Made by a program: the position numbers and the translations under genes. The notes under the pieces were generated by a model that was not told the origin of the DNA, did not search any database, and worked only from the letters and a program-made list of their open reading frames with translations. DNA of 64,000 nucleotides from an uncultured Chloroflexia bacterium (GTDB taxonomy: Bacteria > Chloroflexota > Dehalococcoidia > DSTF01 > WHTK01): assembly GCA_963711035.1 (NCBI GenBank), contig CAVQCN010000001.1, forward strand, positions 1,025,942-1,089,941. Direction: 5' to 3'. Positions 46,423 through 55,829 of the stretch are shown here, piece by piece; within the stretch, counting starts at the first letter, position 1; every line of letters begins with the position of its first letter.

Positions 46423-46466
46423 CACAGTCACGACTGCTGATCGATCGACCAGCAGTCGTGACTGTG
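46423..46466. terminator. 17-bp perfect hairpin between convergent ABM and glnII genes
   Basis: cacagtcacgactgctg-atcgatcgac-cagcagtcgtgactgtg. Confidence 0.45.
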
Positions 46467-46633
46467 TGTAGACCGATTGTCATTGCGAGCCATGGCGGCG
46501 GCAGCGCGGCGTGGCGATCGGGGGTGGGGCGGAACCTTCATCCTGGCTGAGAAACGTTGGGGCTGAGAACACCGAAAGGGCCGGAGCGCTTAGCGCTCCG
46601 GCCCTCGGTGTCTTTCCCGGGATGGGCTGTCGT

Positions 46634-47632
46634 TTAGTGGTTGCCGGACACCGTGTCCATGATCAGCCGGGTCACGACGTACGGGTCGATGTTGGCGCAA
46701 GGGCGACGGTCTTCGATGTAGCCCTTGCGGTCGACCTCGACCTGCCATGGGATGCGGACGGATGCGCCGCGGTCGGAGACGCCGTAATTGAACTCTCGGT
46801 ACGAGGCGGTCTCGTGCAGGCCAGTGAGGCGGTCCTCGATGCCGAAGCCGTAGTTTTGGATGTGCAGCTCGTGGCGGCGGCCCAGCGCTTCGGCGGCAGC
46901 GACGTTGGGCTCGTAACTCTCACGCATGGCCTTGTTGGAGAAGTTGGTGTGACAGCCTGCACCATTCCAGTCGCCGCGGACCGGCTTCGGGTCGAGCGTG
47001 GCGGAGATGCCGAACTCCTCGCCGACGCGGTAGAGCAGCCAGCGCGCCAGCCAGAGTTCGTCGCTGACGGCCAGCGCTCCCAGCGGTCCGACCTGAAACT
47101 CCCACTGACCGGGCATGACCTCGGCGTTGATGCCGGAGATGCCGAGTCCGGCGGCCAGGCAGGCAGCGAGGTGCTTTTCGATCATGGGCCGTCCGAAGAC
47201 CTCGTCCGCGCCGACGCCGCAGTAGTAGCCGCCCTGTGGGGCCGGGAAGCCGGCTTCAGGAAAGCCGAGGGGCCGTGAGCCGAAGAATAGGGTGTACTCC
47301 TGCTCCAGGCCGAACCAGTAGTCCTGGTCCTTGTACATTTCCGCGATCTTGGCGCACTCGGCGCGCGTGTTCGTCGGGTGGGGCGTCATATCCACTAGCA
47401 GGACTTCGCAGAGCACCAGCTTGTTGGCGCCGCCGCGGATCGGGTCGGGACAGACGTAAACGGGCTTGAGGACGCAGTCGGAGCGATCGCCAGGGGCCTG
47501 GCTGGTCGACGAACCATCGAAGCCCCAGATGGGCATGTCGGTGTCGCCGTCCTTCATGATCTTGGTCTTGGACCGCAGCTTTGCGGTCGGTTGGGTCCCG
47601 TCAACCCAGATGTACTCAGCCATGTAGGCCAT
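46634..47632 (-). CDS. glnII: Glutamine synthetase type II (eukaryote-like GSII)
   Basis: 332 aa MAYMAEYIWVDGTQPTAKLRSKTKI... GSII catalytic motifs. Confidence 0.85.
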   Translation of the reverse strand: MAYMAEYIWVDGTQPTAKLRSKTKIMKDGDTDMPIWGFDGSSTSQAPGDRSDCVLKPVYVCPDPIRGGANKLVLCEVLLVDMTPHPTNTRAECAKIAEMYKDQDYWFGLEQEYTLFFGSRPLGFPEAGFPAPQGGYYCGVGADEVFGRPMIEKHLAACLAAGLGISGINAEVMPGQWEFQVGPLGALAVSDELWLARWLLYRVGEEFGISATLDPKPVRGDWNGAGCHTNFSNKAMRESYEPNVAAAEALGRRHELHIQNYGFGIEDRLTGLHETASYREFNYGVSDRGASVRIPWQVEVDRKGYIEDRRPCANIDPYVVTRLIMDTVSGNH

Positions 47633-47779
47633 TGGTTTCAGCTCCTCCTGTCGGTCGCACCGATGTGGTTTGTCGCGGGGCTATCACAAGTTTTATACCT
47701 GCACCACTCGTGGGGCGCCAGAGCGAAATGCGCCTCTGACGCCCGGGAAAGGGTGTTGTCATCTAATCTTAAAAATTGG

Positions 47780-48121
47780 TTACAGTGCGTCTTCGCCCCT
47801 CTCGCCCGTACGCACGCGGATCGCCTCGCTCACGGGCGAAACGAAGATCTTGCCGTCGCCGATCGAGCCGGTGCGTGCTGATTCGAGGATCACGGCGATG
47901 ACGCGCTCCGTGTCGGCGTCGCGTACGACGAGCTCGACGCGGCTCTTCGGCAGCATGTCGACCCGGTACTCTTCTCCGCCGCGGCCCGAGTGGACGATGC
48001 CCTTCTGCACGCCGCGGCCCGTGACGTTGACGATGTTGAGGCCGACGAAGCCGGCTGCCGCGAGTGCTTCCTTGACGGTCTCGAGCCGTTCCGGCCGGAC
48101 GATTGCCTCGATCTTGTTCAT
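47780..48121 (-). CDS. glnK: Nitrogen regulatory protein P-II
   Basis: 113 aa MNKIEAIVRPERLETVKEALAAAGFVGLNIVNVTGRGVQKG... T-loop. Confidence 0.9.
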   Translation of the reverse strand: MNKIEAIVRPERLETVKEALAAAGFVGLNIVNVTGRGVQKGIVHSGRGGEEYRVDMLPKSRVELVVRDADTERVIAVILESARTGSIGDGKIFVSPVSEAIRVRTGERGEDAL

Positions 48122-48142
48122 CTGAGGATGGCTCCTTCTGGA

Positions 48143-49447
48143 TTAACCGCGCGCTTCCGACCGCTCGGTGACCGGCACCGGCACGGGCTCTGGGATGACG
48201 GGGATGCCGGCGTATGGCGAGCCGCCGTCGAAGACGTAGGCACGCTCGCCGTGCTGACTGGCGTCGAGGCCGACGAGCTCGTCTTCTTCGCTGACCCGGA
48301 GCCCCATCACGGCGTCGAGCACTTTGAGCAGGATGATCGTAACCACGAACGAGTAAGCCAGCGTCACGCCGATGGCAACCAGTTGTCTGCCCAGTTGCGC
48401 GGCGTCGCCGTAGAAGAGGCCGTTGGCCACGCCGCCCACCGCAGTCGTTGCGAACAGGCCGGTAGCGATGGCGCCCCAGGCACCGCCGACGCCGTGCACG
48501 CCTACGACGTCCAACGAGTCGTCAAGGCCGGCGTGAGCGCGCAGGCGCACAGCAAAGTAACAGATGGCGCCGGCGCCGACGCCGATGATCAGCGCGGGCA
48601 GGGGCTCCACGAAGCCGGAAGCGGGCGTGATCGCTACGAGTCCGGCAACGGCGCCTGCCGCGGCGCCCACGACACTGGGCTTGCCCGTGACGATCCAGCT
48701 CAGCGCCACCCAGGTGCAGAGCGCGGCGCCTGCCGCGACATGGGTGGCGACGAAGGCGCTCGTAGCCAGCGTGCCGGCGGCCAGGGCGCTGCCGGCGTTG
48801 AAGCCGAACCATCCGAACCAGAGCAACCCGGCTCCGACGACGACCATCGTGATGTCGTGGGGTTCCATGGGCTCCCGGCCGTAGCCGTGCCGCTTGCCGT
48901 AGACGATGGCGGCGGCGAGCGCCGCGACGCCCGCGTTGACGTGCACGACGGTGCCGCCGGCGAAGTCGAGGGCGCCGAGGTGGTCGAGGCCGAGGAAGCC
49001 GCCGCCCCAGACCCAGTGTGCCACCGGGTCATAGACGATCGTCGACCACAGAAGCATGAACACGAGGAAGGTGCTGAACTTGGCGCGCTCGGCGAAGGCG
49101 CCGGTGATCAGCGCCGGTGTAATCACCGCGAACATCATCTGGAAGATCATGTACGCCTGGTGCGGCACCGTCGGCGCGTACGGCCCCGGCATCGTGGCCG
49201 AGACGTTCTTCAACCCGATATACGACAGGTCGCCGATGACGCCGCCGACGTCTGGACCGAAGGCCAGCGTGTAGCCGATGAGCACGAACTGCACCGTGAT
49301 AACGCCCAGCATCATGAAGCTGTGCATGATGGTGCCCAACACGTTCTTGCTGCGTGTCAGGCCGCCGTAGAAAAGCGCCAGCCCGGGTGTCATCAGCATG
49401 ACCAGCGCCGATGAGACCAGGAGCCAGGCAACGTCGCCAGAGTCCAT
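48143..49447 (-). CDS. amtB: Ammonium transporter
   Basis: 434 aa, 11-12 TM, Amt signatures (DFAGGTVVH). Confidence 0.92.
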   Translation of the reverse strand: MDSGDVAWLLVSSALVMLMTPGLALFYGGLTRSKNVLGTIMHSFMMLGVITVQFVLIGYTLAFGPDVGGVIGDLSYIGLKNVSATMPGPYAPTVPHQAYMIFQMMFAVITPALITGAFAERAKFSTFLVFMLLWSTIVYDPVAHWVWGGGFLGLDHLGALDFAGGTVVHVNAGVAALAAAIVYGKRHGYGREPMEPHDITMVVVGAGLLWFGWFGFNAGSALAAGTLATSAFVATHVAAGAALCTWVALSWIVTGKPSVVGAAAGAVAGLVAITPASGFVEPLPALIIGVGAGAICYFAVRLRAHAGLDDSLDVVGVHGVGGAWGAIATGLFATTAVGGVANGLFYGDAAQLGRQLVAIGVTLAYSFVVTIILLKVLDAVMGLRVSEEDELVGLDASQHGERAYVFDGGSPYAGIPVIPEPVPVPVTERSEARG

Positions 49448-49543
49448 AGATTCCCCCTCTTCTCGTCAGGCGGATCAGCTCTCCTGGCGCGTGCCCTGCG
49501 CCGGAAGACGGCCTGCGAGATGAGGCGAGGTTAGGGACGGATT

Positions 49544-49559
49544 GTTACAGCCATGTTTC
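49544..49559. promoter_or_regulatory. Candidate GlnR-type box (GTTAC-n6-GTTTC) in the amtB promoter region
   Basis: gttacagccatgtttc, ~95 nt upstream of the amtB start; resembles the actinobacterial gTnAc-n6-GaAAc consensus only loosely. Confidence 0.25.
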
Positions 49560-49605
49560 AGGCTGGTTAAAATTGGCCTAGCGGTAGGTGAATTTCAGAG
49601 ATTTG

Positions 49606-50313
49606 CTAGCCGTCAGAGGGGAAGCGATAGCCGACGTTGCGCACCGTCTCAATGTAGATCGTCGGGCCCGTCTCGATCTTGCTGCGCAGGCGCCGGATGT
49701 GCACGTCGACCGTGCGGGCGCCGCCGAAGTACTCATAGCCCCAGACGCGGTTGAGCAGGGCCTCGCGGGTGAAGACCTTGCCGCGGTTGGTCATAAGGAA
49801 GCGCAGCAGCTCGAACTCTTTGAACGTAAGGTTGACGGGCTGCTCCGCAACGAACACCTTGTAGTTCGCCAGGTCGACAACGAGCTGGCCGCTGCGCAGC
49901 ATGTTTGCGGAGTCGATGCCGGTATGGCGCCAGATGGCGCGCCGCAGCCGCAGGAGCAACTCGTCTGAGGAGATCGGCATCGTCAGGAAGTCGTCCAGTG
50001 GCCAGGCAGGGTCGATGCCCGTCATCTGGTCGGCGCGGACGAGCAGCAACAGGGGCGCTTTCGCGGACCGCAGCGGAGACTCGATAATGCGACGAGTCTC
50101 GTCCAGGTTCGCGCCGGCCTCAACGATGATGGCATCGTAATCCGGGCTGGTGAGTCCCTCTTCGGCGCGATCCGGCTCGAGGGTCAAAACCTCGATGTCG
50201 AAAGCTGAAAGGTCACGGCGGATTGCCGCCGTGCCTTCCGTCTGGTAGACAAGAAGCACTTGTTGCATGTCAAGGAGTATAGCGACCGGCACGCTAGGGT
50301 CATTAACACGCAA
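49606..50313 (-). CDS. OmpR/PhoB-family response regulator with atypical receiver domain, GlnR-like orphan
   Basis: C-terminal winged helix ...TFKEFELLRFLMTNRGKVFTREALLNRVWGYEYFGGARTVDVHIRRLRSKI; receiver region lacks a typical phospho-acceptor context; lies between amtB and glnA. Confidence 0.7.
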   Translation of the reverse strand: MRVNDPSVPVAILLDMQQVLLVYQTEGTAAIRRDLSAFDIEVLTLEPDRAEEGLTSPDYDAIIVEAGANLDETRRIIESPLRSAKAPLLLLVRADQMTGIDPAWPLDDFLTMPISSDELLLRLRRAIWRHTGIDSANMLRSGQLVVDLANYKVFVAEQPVNLTFKEFELLRFLMTNRGKVFTREALLNRVWGYEYFGGARTVDVHIRRLRSKIETGPTIYIETVRNVGYRFPSDG

Positions 50314-50383
50314 GTAATGGTTTGAATCTGAGGGGTGTCTTCAGATCCGTCTTGTAACCAAAAGTTAACCAAGTTCTCCAGGG

Positions 50384-51793
50384 ATGCGCGGAAAGGCGCT
50401 GGCTATGATGAATAACGATATGACTGCAGATGAAAGCCGTGAATTTGTCCTGCAGCAATGCCGCCAGCAGGACGTCAAGTTCATTCGGCTCTGGTTCACA
50501 GACACGCTCGGCTCCCTGAAGAGCTTTGCGATTACCTTTGAGGAGCTCGAAGGAGCGCTGGAGGAGGGCGTGGGCTTCGATGGCGGCGCCATCGAAGGTT
50601 TTGCCCGCGCCGGCGAGAGCGACATGAACGCCATCCCGGACGCGGCGACCTTTCAGCTGCTGCCGTGGCGCCCGCGCGAGCGGCGGGTGGCGCGCATGTT
50701 CTGCGACATCCATCTGCCGGACGGCTCGCCCTTCCCGGGCGACCCGCGCTACGTCCTCAAGCGCAGCCTGCAGCGCGCCGCGGCGCTAGGCTTCACGTTC
50801 TACGTCGGCCCGGAAGTGGAGTACTTCTACTTCCGGGAAGGCGACAGCAGCAGGCCGGAGCCGCTCGACCACGGCGGCTACTTCGACCTGACTCCCCTCG
50901 ACGCGGCCAGCGATCTGCGGCGCGAGACCGTGCTCACGCTGGAGGAGATGGGCATCGGCGTCGAGTCCAGCCACCACGAGGTGGCGCCGTCGCAGCACGA
51001 GGTCGACCTGCGCTATACGGACGCGCTGACGATGGCGGACAACCTGATGACGACACGTCTCGTCGTCAAGGAAGTGGCGATGGCCGCCGGCGTCTACGCG
51101 ACCTTCATGCCCAAGCCGCTCGCCAACGAGAACGGCTCCGGCATGCATTGCCACATGTCCCTGTTCCGCGGTGAGCAGAACGCCTTCTTTGACGAGAACG
51201 ACCCGTTGCACCTCTCGGCCGTAGCGCGCGGCTTCCTGGCCGGCCTGCTGCGGCACTCGCGGGAGATCACCCTGATCACGAACCAGTGGGTGAACTCCTA
51301 CAAGCGCCTCATCCCCGGCTTCGAGGCGCCGGTGCGCGTCGCCTGGAACCGCCGCGGCGCGACCGTGGCGCCGCCTCTGGTGGGCCCGAAGGAGCAGCCC
51401 GGCGGCCGCATGCCCGGCGATCTGCTGCGCGTGCCCGACTACCGGCCGGGTCGCGAGACTGCATCTCGCGTCGAGTACCGGGCGCCGGACGCGGCCTGCA
51501 ACCCGTACCTCGCGTTCGCCGCGATGCTGGCGGCCGGTCTCGAGGGTATCGAGAAAGAGTATCCGCTGCCACCGCCGCGTGACGTCCGCGACGAGGGTCA
51601 GATGGAGGACGCGCCGACCCTGCCCGGCAGCCTCTACGAGGCGCTGCTGGAGACGGAAAACAGCGTCCTGGTGCGGGAGTGTATGGGCGAGCACGTCTTC
51701 GAGAGCCTGATGGCCTCGAAGCGCATCGAATGGGAGAGCTACCGCTCGCACATTACCGACTTCGAACTGGGCCGCTACCTGCCGATCCTGTGA
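50384..51793 (+). CDS. glnA: Glutamine synthetase (GlnA family, type I-like)
   Basis: 469-aa track ORF; FIRLWFTDTLGSLKSFAI...GFDGGAIEGFA; true start is probably an internal Met (MNNDM...). Confidence 0.9.
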   Translation: MRGKALAMMNNDMTADESREFVLQQCRQQDVKFIRLWFTDTLGSLKSFAITFEELEGALEEGVGFDGGAIEGFARAGESDMNAIPDAATFQLLPWRPRERRVARMFCDIHLPDGSPFPGDPRYVLKRSLQRAAALGFTFYVGPEVEYFYFREGDSSRPEPLDHGGYFDLTPLDAASDLRRETVLTLEEMGIGVESSHHEVAPSQHEVDLRYTDALTMADNLMTTRLVVKEVAMAAGVYATFMPKPLANENGSGMHCHMSLFRGEQNAFFDENDPLHLSAVARGFLAGLLRHSREITLITNQWVNSYKRLIPGFEAPVRVAWNRRGATVAPPLVGPKEQPGGRMPGDLLRVPDYRPGRETASRVEYRAPDAACNPYLAFAAMLAAGLEGIEKEYPLPPPRDVRDEGQMEDAPTLPGSLYEALLETENSVLVRECMGEHVFESLMASKRIEWESYRSHITDFELGRYLPIL

Positions 51794-51813
51794 GCAAAGC
51801 CGGGGGCTCCACC

Positions 51814-51847
51814 TGTCATTCTGAGCCGCAGGCGAAGAATCTCCCGG
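51814..51847. repeat. REP-like motif copy (tgtcattctgagccgcaggcgaagaatctcccgg), 20 nt downstream of the glnA stop
   Basis: Same family as 38589-38632 (inverted) and the 25996/26206 units. Confidence 0.4.
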
Positions 51848-51967
51848 CATTCCGACGCGGCGTGGGCGACGCGCCCGACGCGGCACAGACGATCTGGCGC
51901 GGCCATGCGAAGGGTGGCCCGCTAGATCGCCCGCGCGGGTGCCGTCGTCGGCTCGCAGAGGGGCTTG

Positions 51968-52003
51968 CCGGGAGATGCTTCACCGCGTTCAACATGACAG
52001 CGT
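51968..52003. repeat. Inverted partial REP-like copy (ccgggagatgcttcaccgcgttcaacatgacagcg)
   Basis: The reverse complement aligns with gtcatg(c/t)tga(g/a)cgc...gaagcatctcccgg; together with the 51814 copy it forms an inverted pair ~120 nt apart. Confidence 0.35.
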
Positions 52004-52577
52004 GTCTGGGTGCTTCACCCCATCGTTGAGCACCGGTGGGCGTGCGGTCAGTCGAGGCGTCGGCCGCGGGCGTAGCGGGGACCTTAAGGTCGCCACGCGC
52101 GCCCCGTCGGGCACGACCCTGACCTCGGCGTTTTGGACGATGGCCTGTGGTTGGACGGGACGCGGCGGCAGCATGAAGGCTGCCGCTACAGATCAGGCAG
52201 CGCCGCGGCCGCTTCCTAAATGCGCGACGTAACGTAAACGCTAGGCGTAAGTTGCATGCTGCGGTGTCAGAGCTGCGTTGATCTGCGCGTTGGCGCGTGT
52301 ATAACGATGGGCAAGTTTGGCGCCAGCGCGTCTCTTCCCACACGTAGGAAACGTTAAAAATGCATAAATATAAGGGGTAACCCTCACGCTGCACGTTGAC
52401 GGCCCTGATATACTCCGTCGTGGCTGTTGGCTAAAGCAGCCGGCCGCAAAGCGGCCCCTTTCTCCTGCGCGCTTACGGGGAGGTGGCGGGCGCGACCGAC
52501 AAGGGACAGTCGGGCGTGTCTCCCAGGCGCCAAGACCGGCTCGGTCGGGTGATCGGCCGGATCACACCCTCGCGGAG

Positions 52578-53866
52578 GTGCAGAACATGCTCAAATCGTC
52601 CTGGAAGTTATTGCCTATAGCGGCGGCGTTCGCATTGGGCATCGCGGTCGTTGGCGCCCGGGGACGTCACGCACGCCTACGGCGTTCGTCGCGCTCGATT
52701 GCCAGCGCCATCGGCGTTCTCACGGTTGACATCGGTCGACGACAGCACAGGCAAGTCGGATCACTGGCGGCCGAGATGCGGTGATCTGACATCGACGCCT
52801 CGAGCCCAACGATGACAGCGGTACGCGAAACTTACACTGCACAATGGCTCAGGTGATGATTCAGAGCTCGATCGAGTCGGATCCAGGACGGCAATTCCGT
52901 TCGCTCGACACGCAGCGGTGCACGGCCAATACGACATCAGCCTCACAGTCTGCCTGACCCGTACGTCGGCTGCGATGTCGTTGACAGCTCGATTCAGCAA
53001 CTGAGCTGGTCGAGCCAGACGGCACTGTCCACCTCACCTGTCAAACGGACAACATCACGATCAAGAAGGACGCGCCCGACGACCCGAGCAAGGACTTCGA
53101 CTTCACGATCAGTGGCCCCGGTAGCGGCTGCGACGACAGCTTCACGCTGGCTGACGGCGACACCCAGTCCTACTCTTGTACGGCGAGTGATTCGACCTAC
53201 GTTGTGACGGAAGACGTTCCCACCGGCTGGTCACTTGACACGCTGACCTGCACGGACACTGGCAACGGCAGCTACGAGACGAATGTCGCCAATGGCAGCG
53301 TTTCCATTACGCTGCAGGACAACACCGACACGGTTTCCTGCACCTTCGTTGACAATCAGGTGACGGGCACCGCGACGCCGGGTACGGCCAACAGCGTTAC
53401 GCTGCAAGTCTCCACCACGACGCCGCCCTGCAACCTGCCCGTCGTCGTCATTGCGACGGTGAGGGACGCTAGTGGCGCCCTGGTCAGTGGCGCACCGGTC
53501 ACGTTCAGCGCGGCCAGCGGTGCGTTCACATCGAGCTCCGGCACCACTCAGGCTGGTGTCGTCTCCACCCTGTACACTGCGAGCGGCAATGGCGCCGCCG
53601 TGATTACGGCGACCTCCGGCTCCAAGAGCGGCACGGCGACGATCACGACGTCGAGCTGCGCAACGCCGGCCCCGACCGCAGTTGCCACGTCGACGCCGGT
53701 TCCGACCGTCTCGACCGGCAGCATCCAGCCGCCGAACACCGGTGACGCTGGTTTGAAGGACGCGGGCAGCGGCAGCTCGAGCCTGTACGGCATCATTGCT
53801 GCTATTGTGGCTATCATGTCGACTGCTGCGGCTGGCTCCATCGTGGTAGCGCGCCGCCGGTCCTAA
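52578..53866 (+). pseudogene. Cell-wall-anchored surface protein (sortase substrate) with PPNTGD sorting signal; N-terminal third disrupted by frameshifts, intact frame from 52985
   Basis: 52578 ORF encodes only a signal peptide (MQNMLKSSWKLLPIAAAFALGIAVVGA) before junk. The frame opening at 52985 has no start codon but reads a coherent repeated module (DFDFTISGPGSGCDDSFTLADGDTQSYSCTAS...VVTEDVPTGWSL...). It ends ...TGSIQPPNTGDAGLKDAGSGSSSLYGIIAAIVAIMSTAAAGSIVVARRRS*. Confidence 0.55.
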
Positions 53867-54035
53867 GTCCAGGGCCTGACAAGGCAAAACTGACGATGAG
53901 CGGCTCCAGCCTAGGCTGGAGCCGCTCATCTTGTACGGCGCCGGGTGTTTGGTTGCCGCCAGGGGGCCGGTTCCGTATTCTGGATGTCAGGCATCTCTCA
54001 GCAGGGCCTAAACCCGTCATAGAGGTCTAGCGTTC

Positions 54036-54818
54036 ATGTTCCAAGATACCGACCCCGAGGAATCCGAAGAGTCCAACGGACTCTTCGGAGGCCGACCTCC
54101 TTTGCCGATCATCGGTGGTGTCATTGCCGCCGTCGTCATCGGTCTCATCCTGGTAGTCGTCGTCTTTAGCAGCGGCGGCGGCAACGACAACAACTCCAAC
54201 GCTCTTGCCACGATCACGCCGACGAGCAAGGCCCAGAGCGGTGGATTGGCGACCGGCGGTATCCCGTCGCCGCAGGGCACCCTTGATTTGACCCGCCCGA
54301 CGGTCACCGGCGCGCCCAGCCTGACCGGCGTCGGCGCCGACGATCGTATCGTCATCCCCGCCTTCAACATCAACGCGCCTCTTACTTTCAAGACGGTGGG
54401 CGCAGACGGCGAGATGCCCAACCCGGACGGACCCGATGACGTTGCCTACTACAACTTCTCGGCCTGGCCCGGTCTGGGCGGTGCTCCCGGCCAGGGCGGC
54501 AACTCCATCTTTGCCGGTCACGTCGACTCGGGTTTCAAGGCCTGCGACCACGGCACGGTCCCGCCGCCTTGCGAGGCTGTCTTCTGGGACGTGAGTAAGC
54601 TGAAGGTTGGCGACACCATCGAGATCCACGTTAGCGGGCAGGTCTACACCTACTCCGTAACCTCGAACCAGGCAGTGGATGCGAACGGCGCCGATTGGAC
54701 TAGCATCGTTTCCGCCACGGCGCAGGAGAGCATCACGCTGATCACCTGTGGTGGCGATTTCAATACCCAGACTCACGAGTACAATCACCGGCAAGTCGTG
54801 ACGGCGGTCAGGGTTTAA
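54036..54818 (+). CDS. Sortase family transpeptidase (class E/F-like), N-terminal TM anchor
   Basis: 260 aa; TM IIGGVIAAVVIGLILVVVVF; ...RIVIPAFNINAPL...NSIFAGHVD...ITLITCGG...HEYNHRQVVTAVRV (His, Cys, Arg catalytic triad contexts). Confidence 0.85.
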   Translation: MFQDTDPEESEESNGLFGGRPPLPIIGGVIAAVVIGLILVVVVFSSGGGNDNNSNALATITPTSKAQSGGLATGGIPSPQGTLDLTRPTVTGAPSLTGVGADDRIVIPAFNINAPLTFKTVGADGEMPNPDGPDDVAYYNFSAWPGLGGAPGQGGNSIFAGHVDSGFKACDHGTVPPPCEAVFWDVSKLKVGDTIEIHVSGQVYTYSVTSNQAVDANGADWTSIVSATAQESITLITCGGDFNTQTHEYNHRQVVTAVRV

Positions 54819-54882
54819 CCTCGTGCCCGCCTCCGGCGTTAGTTAGGATGGTGGCCCGGTCAGAGGCCCAGGGAGGGAACGT

Positions 54883-55755
54883 GTGAATCTGCCGGCATTC
54901 TTGGAAGGTGTTCCGCGGTGGATGCTTCTCGCCGTGATTCCGATTACGGCGTTCGTGGTGGCTGTGGGCGTGAGCTTTGGCATGAGCGGCAGCGACAACT
55001 CGACCACGAGTGGCAGCTTGAAGCCGGACGTCGGCGCGCTGGCGGAGCTGACTACGCCCACGCCTCTTCCGACGGCGACGGTCGTTCCCACCGCTACGGT
55101 GATTCCCGTTCGCACGAGTTGTGATGAGATTGCCGGAACCCCCTACCGCTCCCAGATTGAGCGCCAGTGGTACCTGGACAACTGCACCGACACCGCGGGT
55201 GCCTCCACCGGCGGCGGCGGCACCGGCGGCACCGGCGGAAGCATTGACTACTCGACGCAGGGACCGGTGAACGCCGGCGGCGGCGAGTTCGCGCTCGGTG
55301 ACGAGCTGATCATTCCGTCCATTGGCCTCGATGCGACCGTGTATGGCGACAAGGTCGGCGGCGACGGCACGATGCCGAACCCGGTTGGCTACTTCTACGC
55401 CGTGTGGTACGACTTCAGCGCCTTCCCTGGTCTCGGCGGATACGTCGGCAACGGCAACACGGTTCTTGCCGGCCACGTCGACTGCGCTCGCTGCCACAAC
55501 GGCTCGGCCGGCGCGGCGGTCTTCTGGAACGTCCGCAACCTCTCCCCCGGTGCGAGCATCCAGTACCGGACGTCGGACGGCGTGGTGCACAACTACGTGG
55601 TAACCGCGTCGCAGGACTACACGGACGCTTCGAACTGGGGAGGAATCCTTTCGTCCGGCGCTGCGGACCTGACGCTGATCACGTGTAACGGCGTCTTTGA
55701 TCCGTCTGCGCATGAGTACAACCTGCGCCACGTCGTCTACGCCAAAGCGGTGTAG
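54883..55755 (+). CDS. Sortase family transpeptidase (tandem paralog)
   Basis: 290 aa; TM LLAVIPITAFVVAVGVSF; ...LIIPSIGLDATV...NTVLAGHVD...LTLITCNG...HEYNLRHVVYAKAV. Confidence 0.85.
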   Translation: MNLPAFLEGVPRWMLLAVIPITAFVVAVGVSFGMSGSDNSTTSGSLKPDVGALAELTTPTPLPTATVVPTATVIPVRTSCDEIAGTPYRSQIERQWYLDNCTDTAGASTGGGGTGGTGGSIDYSTQGPVNAGGGEFALGDELIIPSIGLDATVYGDKVGGDGTMPNPVGYFYAVWYDFSAFPGLGGYVGNGNTVLAGHVDCARCHNGSAGAAVFWNVRNLSPGASIQYRTSDGVVHNYVVTASQDYTDASNWGGILSSGAADLTLITCNGVFDPSAHEYNLRHVVYAKAV

Positions 55756-55777
55756 ACGCCTCGAAGTGAATGAGTAA

Positions 55778-55812
55778 CGGCCCGCTCGAGTGAGTGGGCC
55801 GTTTGCGTTGCT
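55778..55812. terminator. Hairpin between convergent sortase and comE-like genes (ggccc...gggcc followed by gtttgcgtt)
   Basis: cggcccgctcgagtgagtgggccgtttgcgtt; plausible bidirectional terminator. Confidence 0.35.
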
Positions 55813-55829
55813 GAAGGTGCTGGCGCTCA

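Noticed and set aside
52578-52784. 68-aa ORF as an independent gene
   Set aside because: Only the first 27 residues (a signal peptide) are protein-like and the rest is Arg-rich junk. It is interpreted as the displaced N-terminus of the downstream surface protein.
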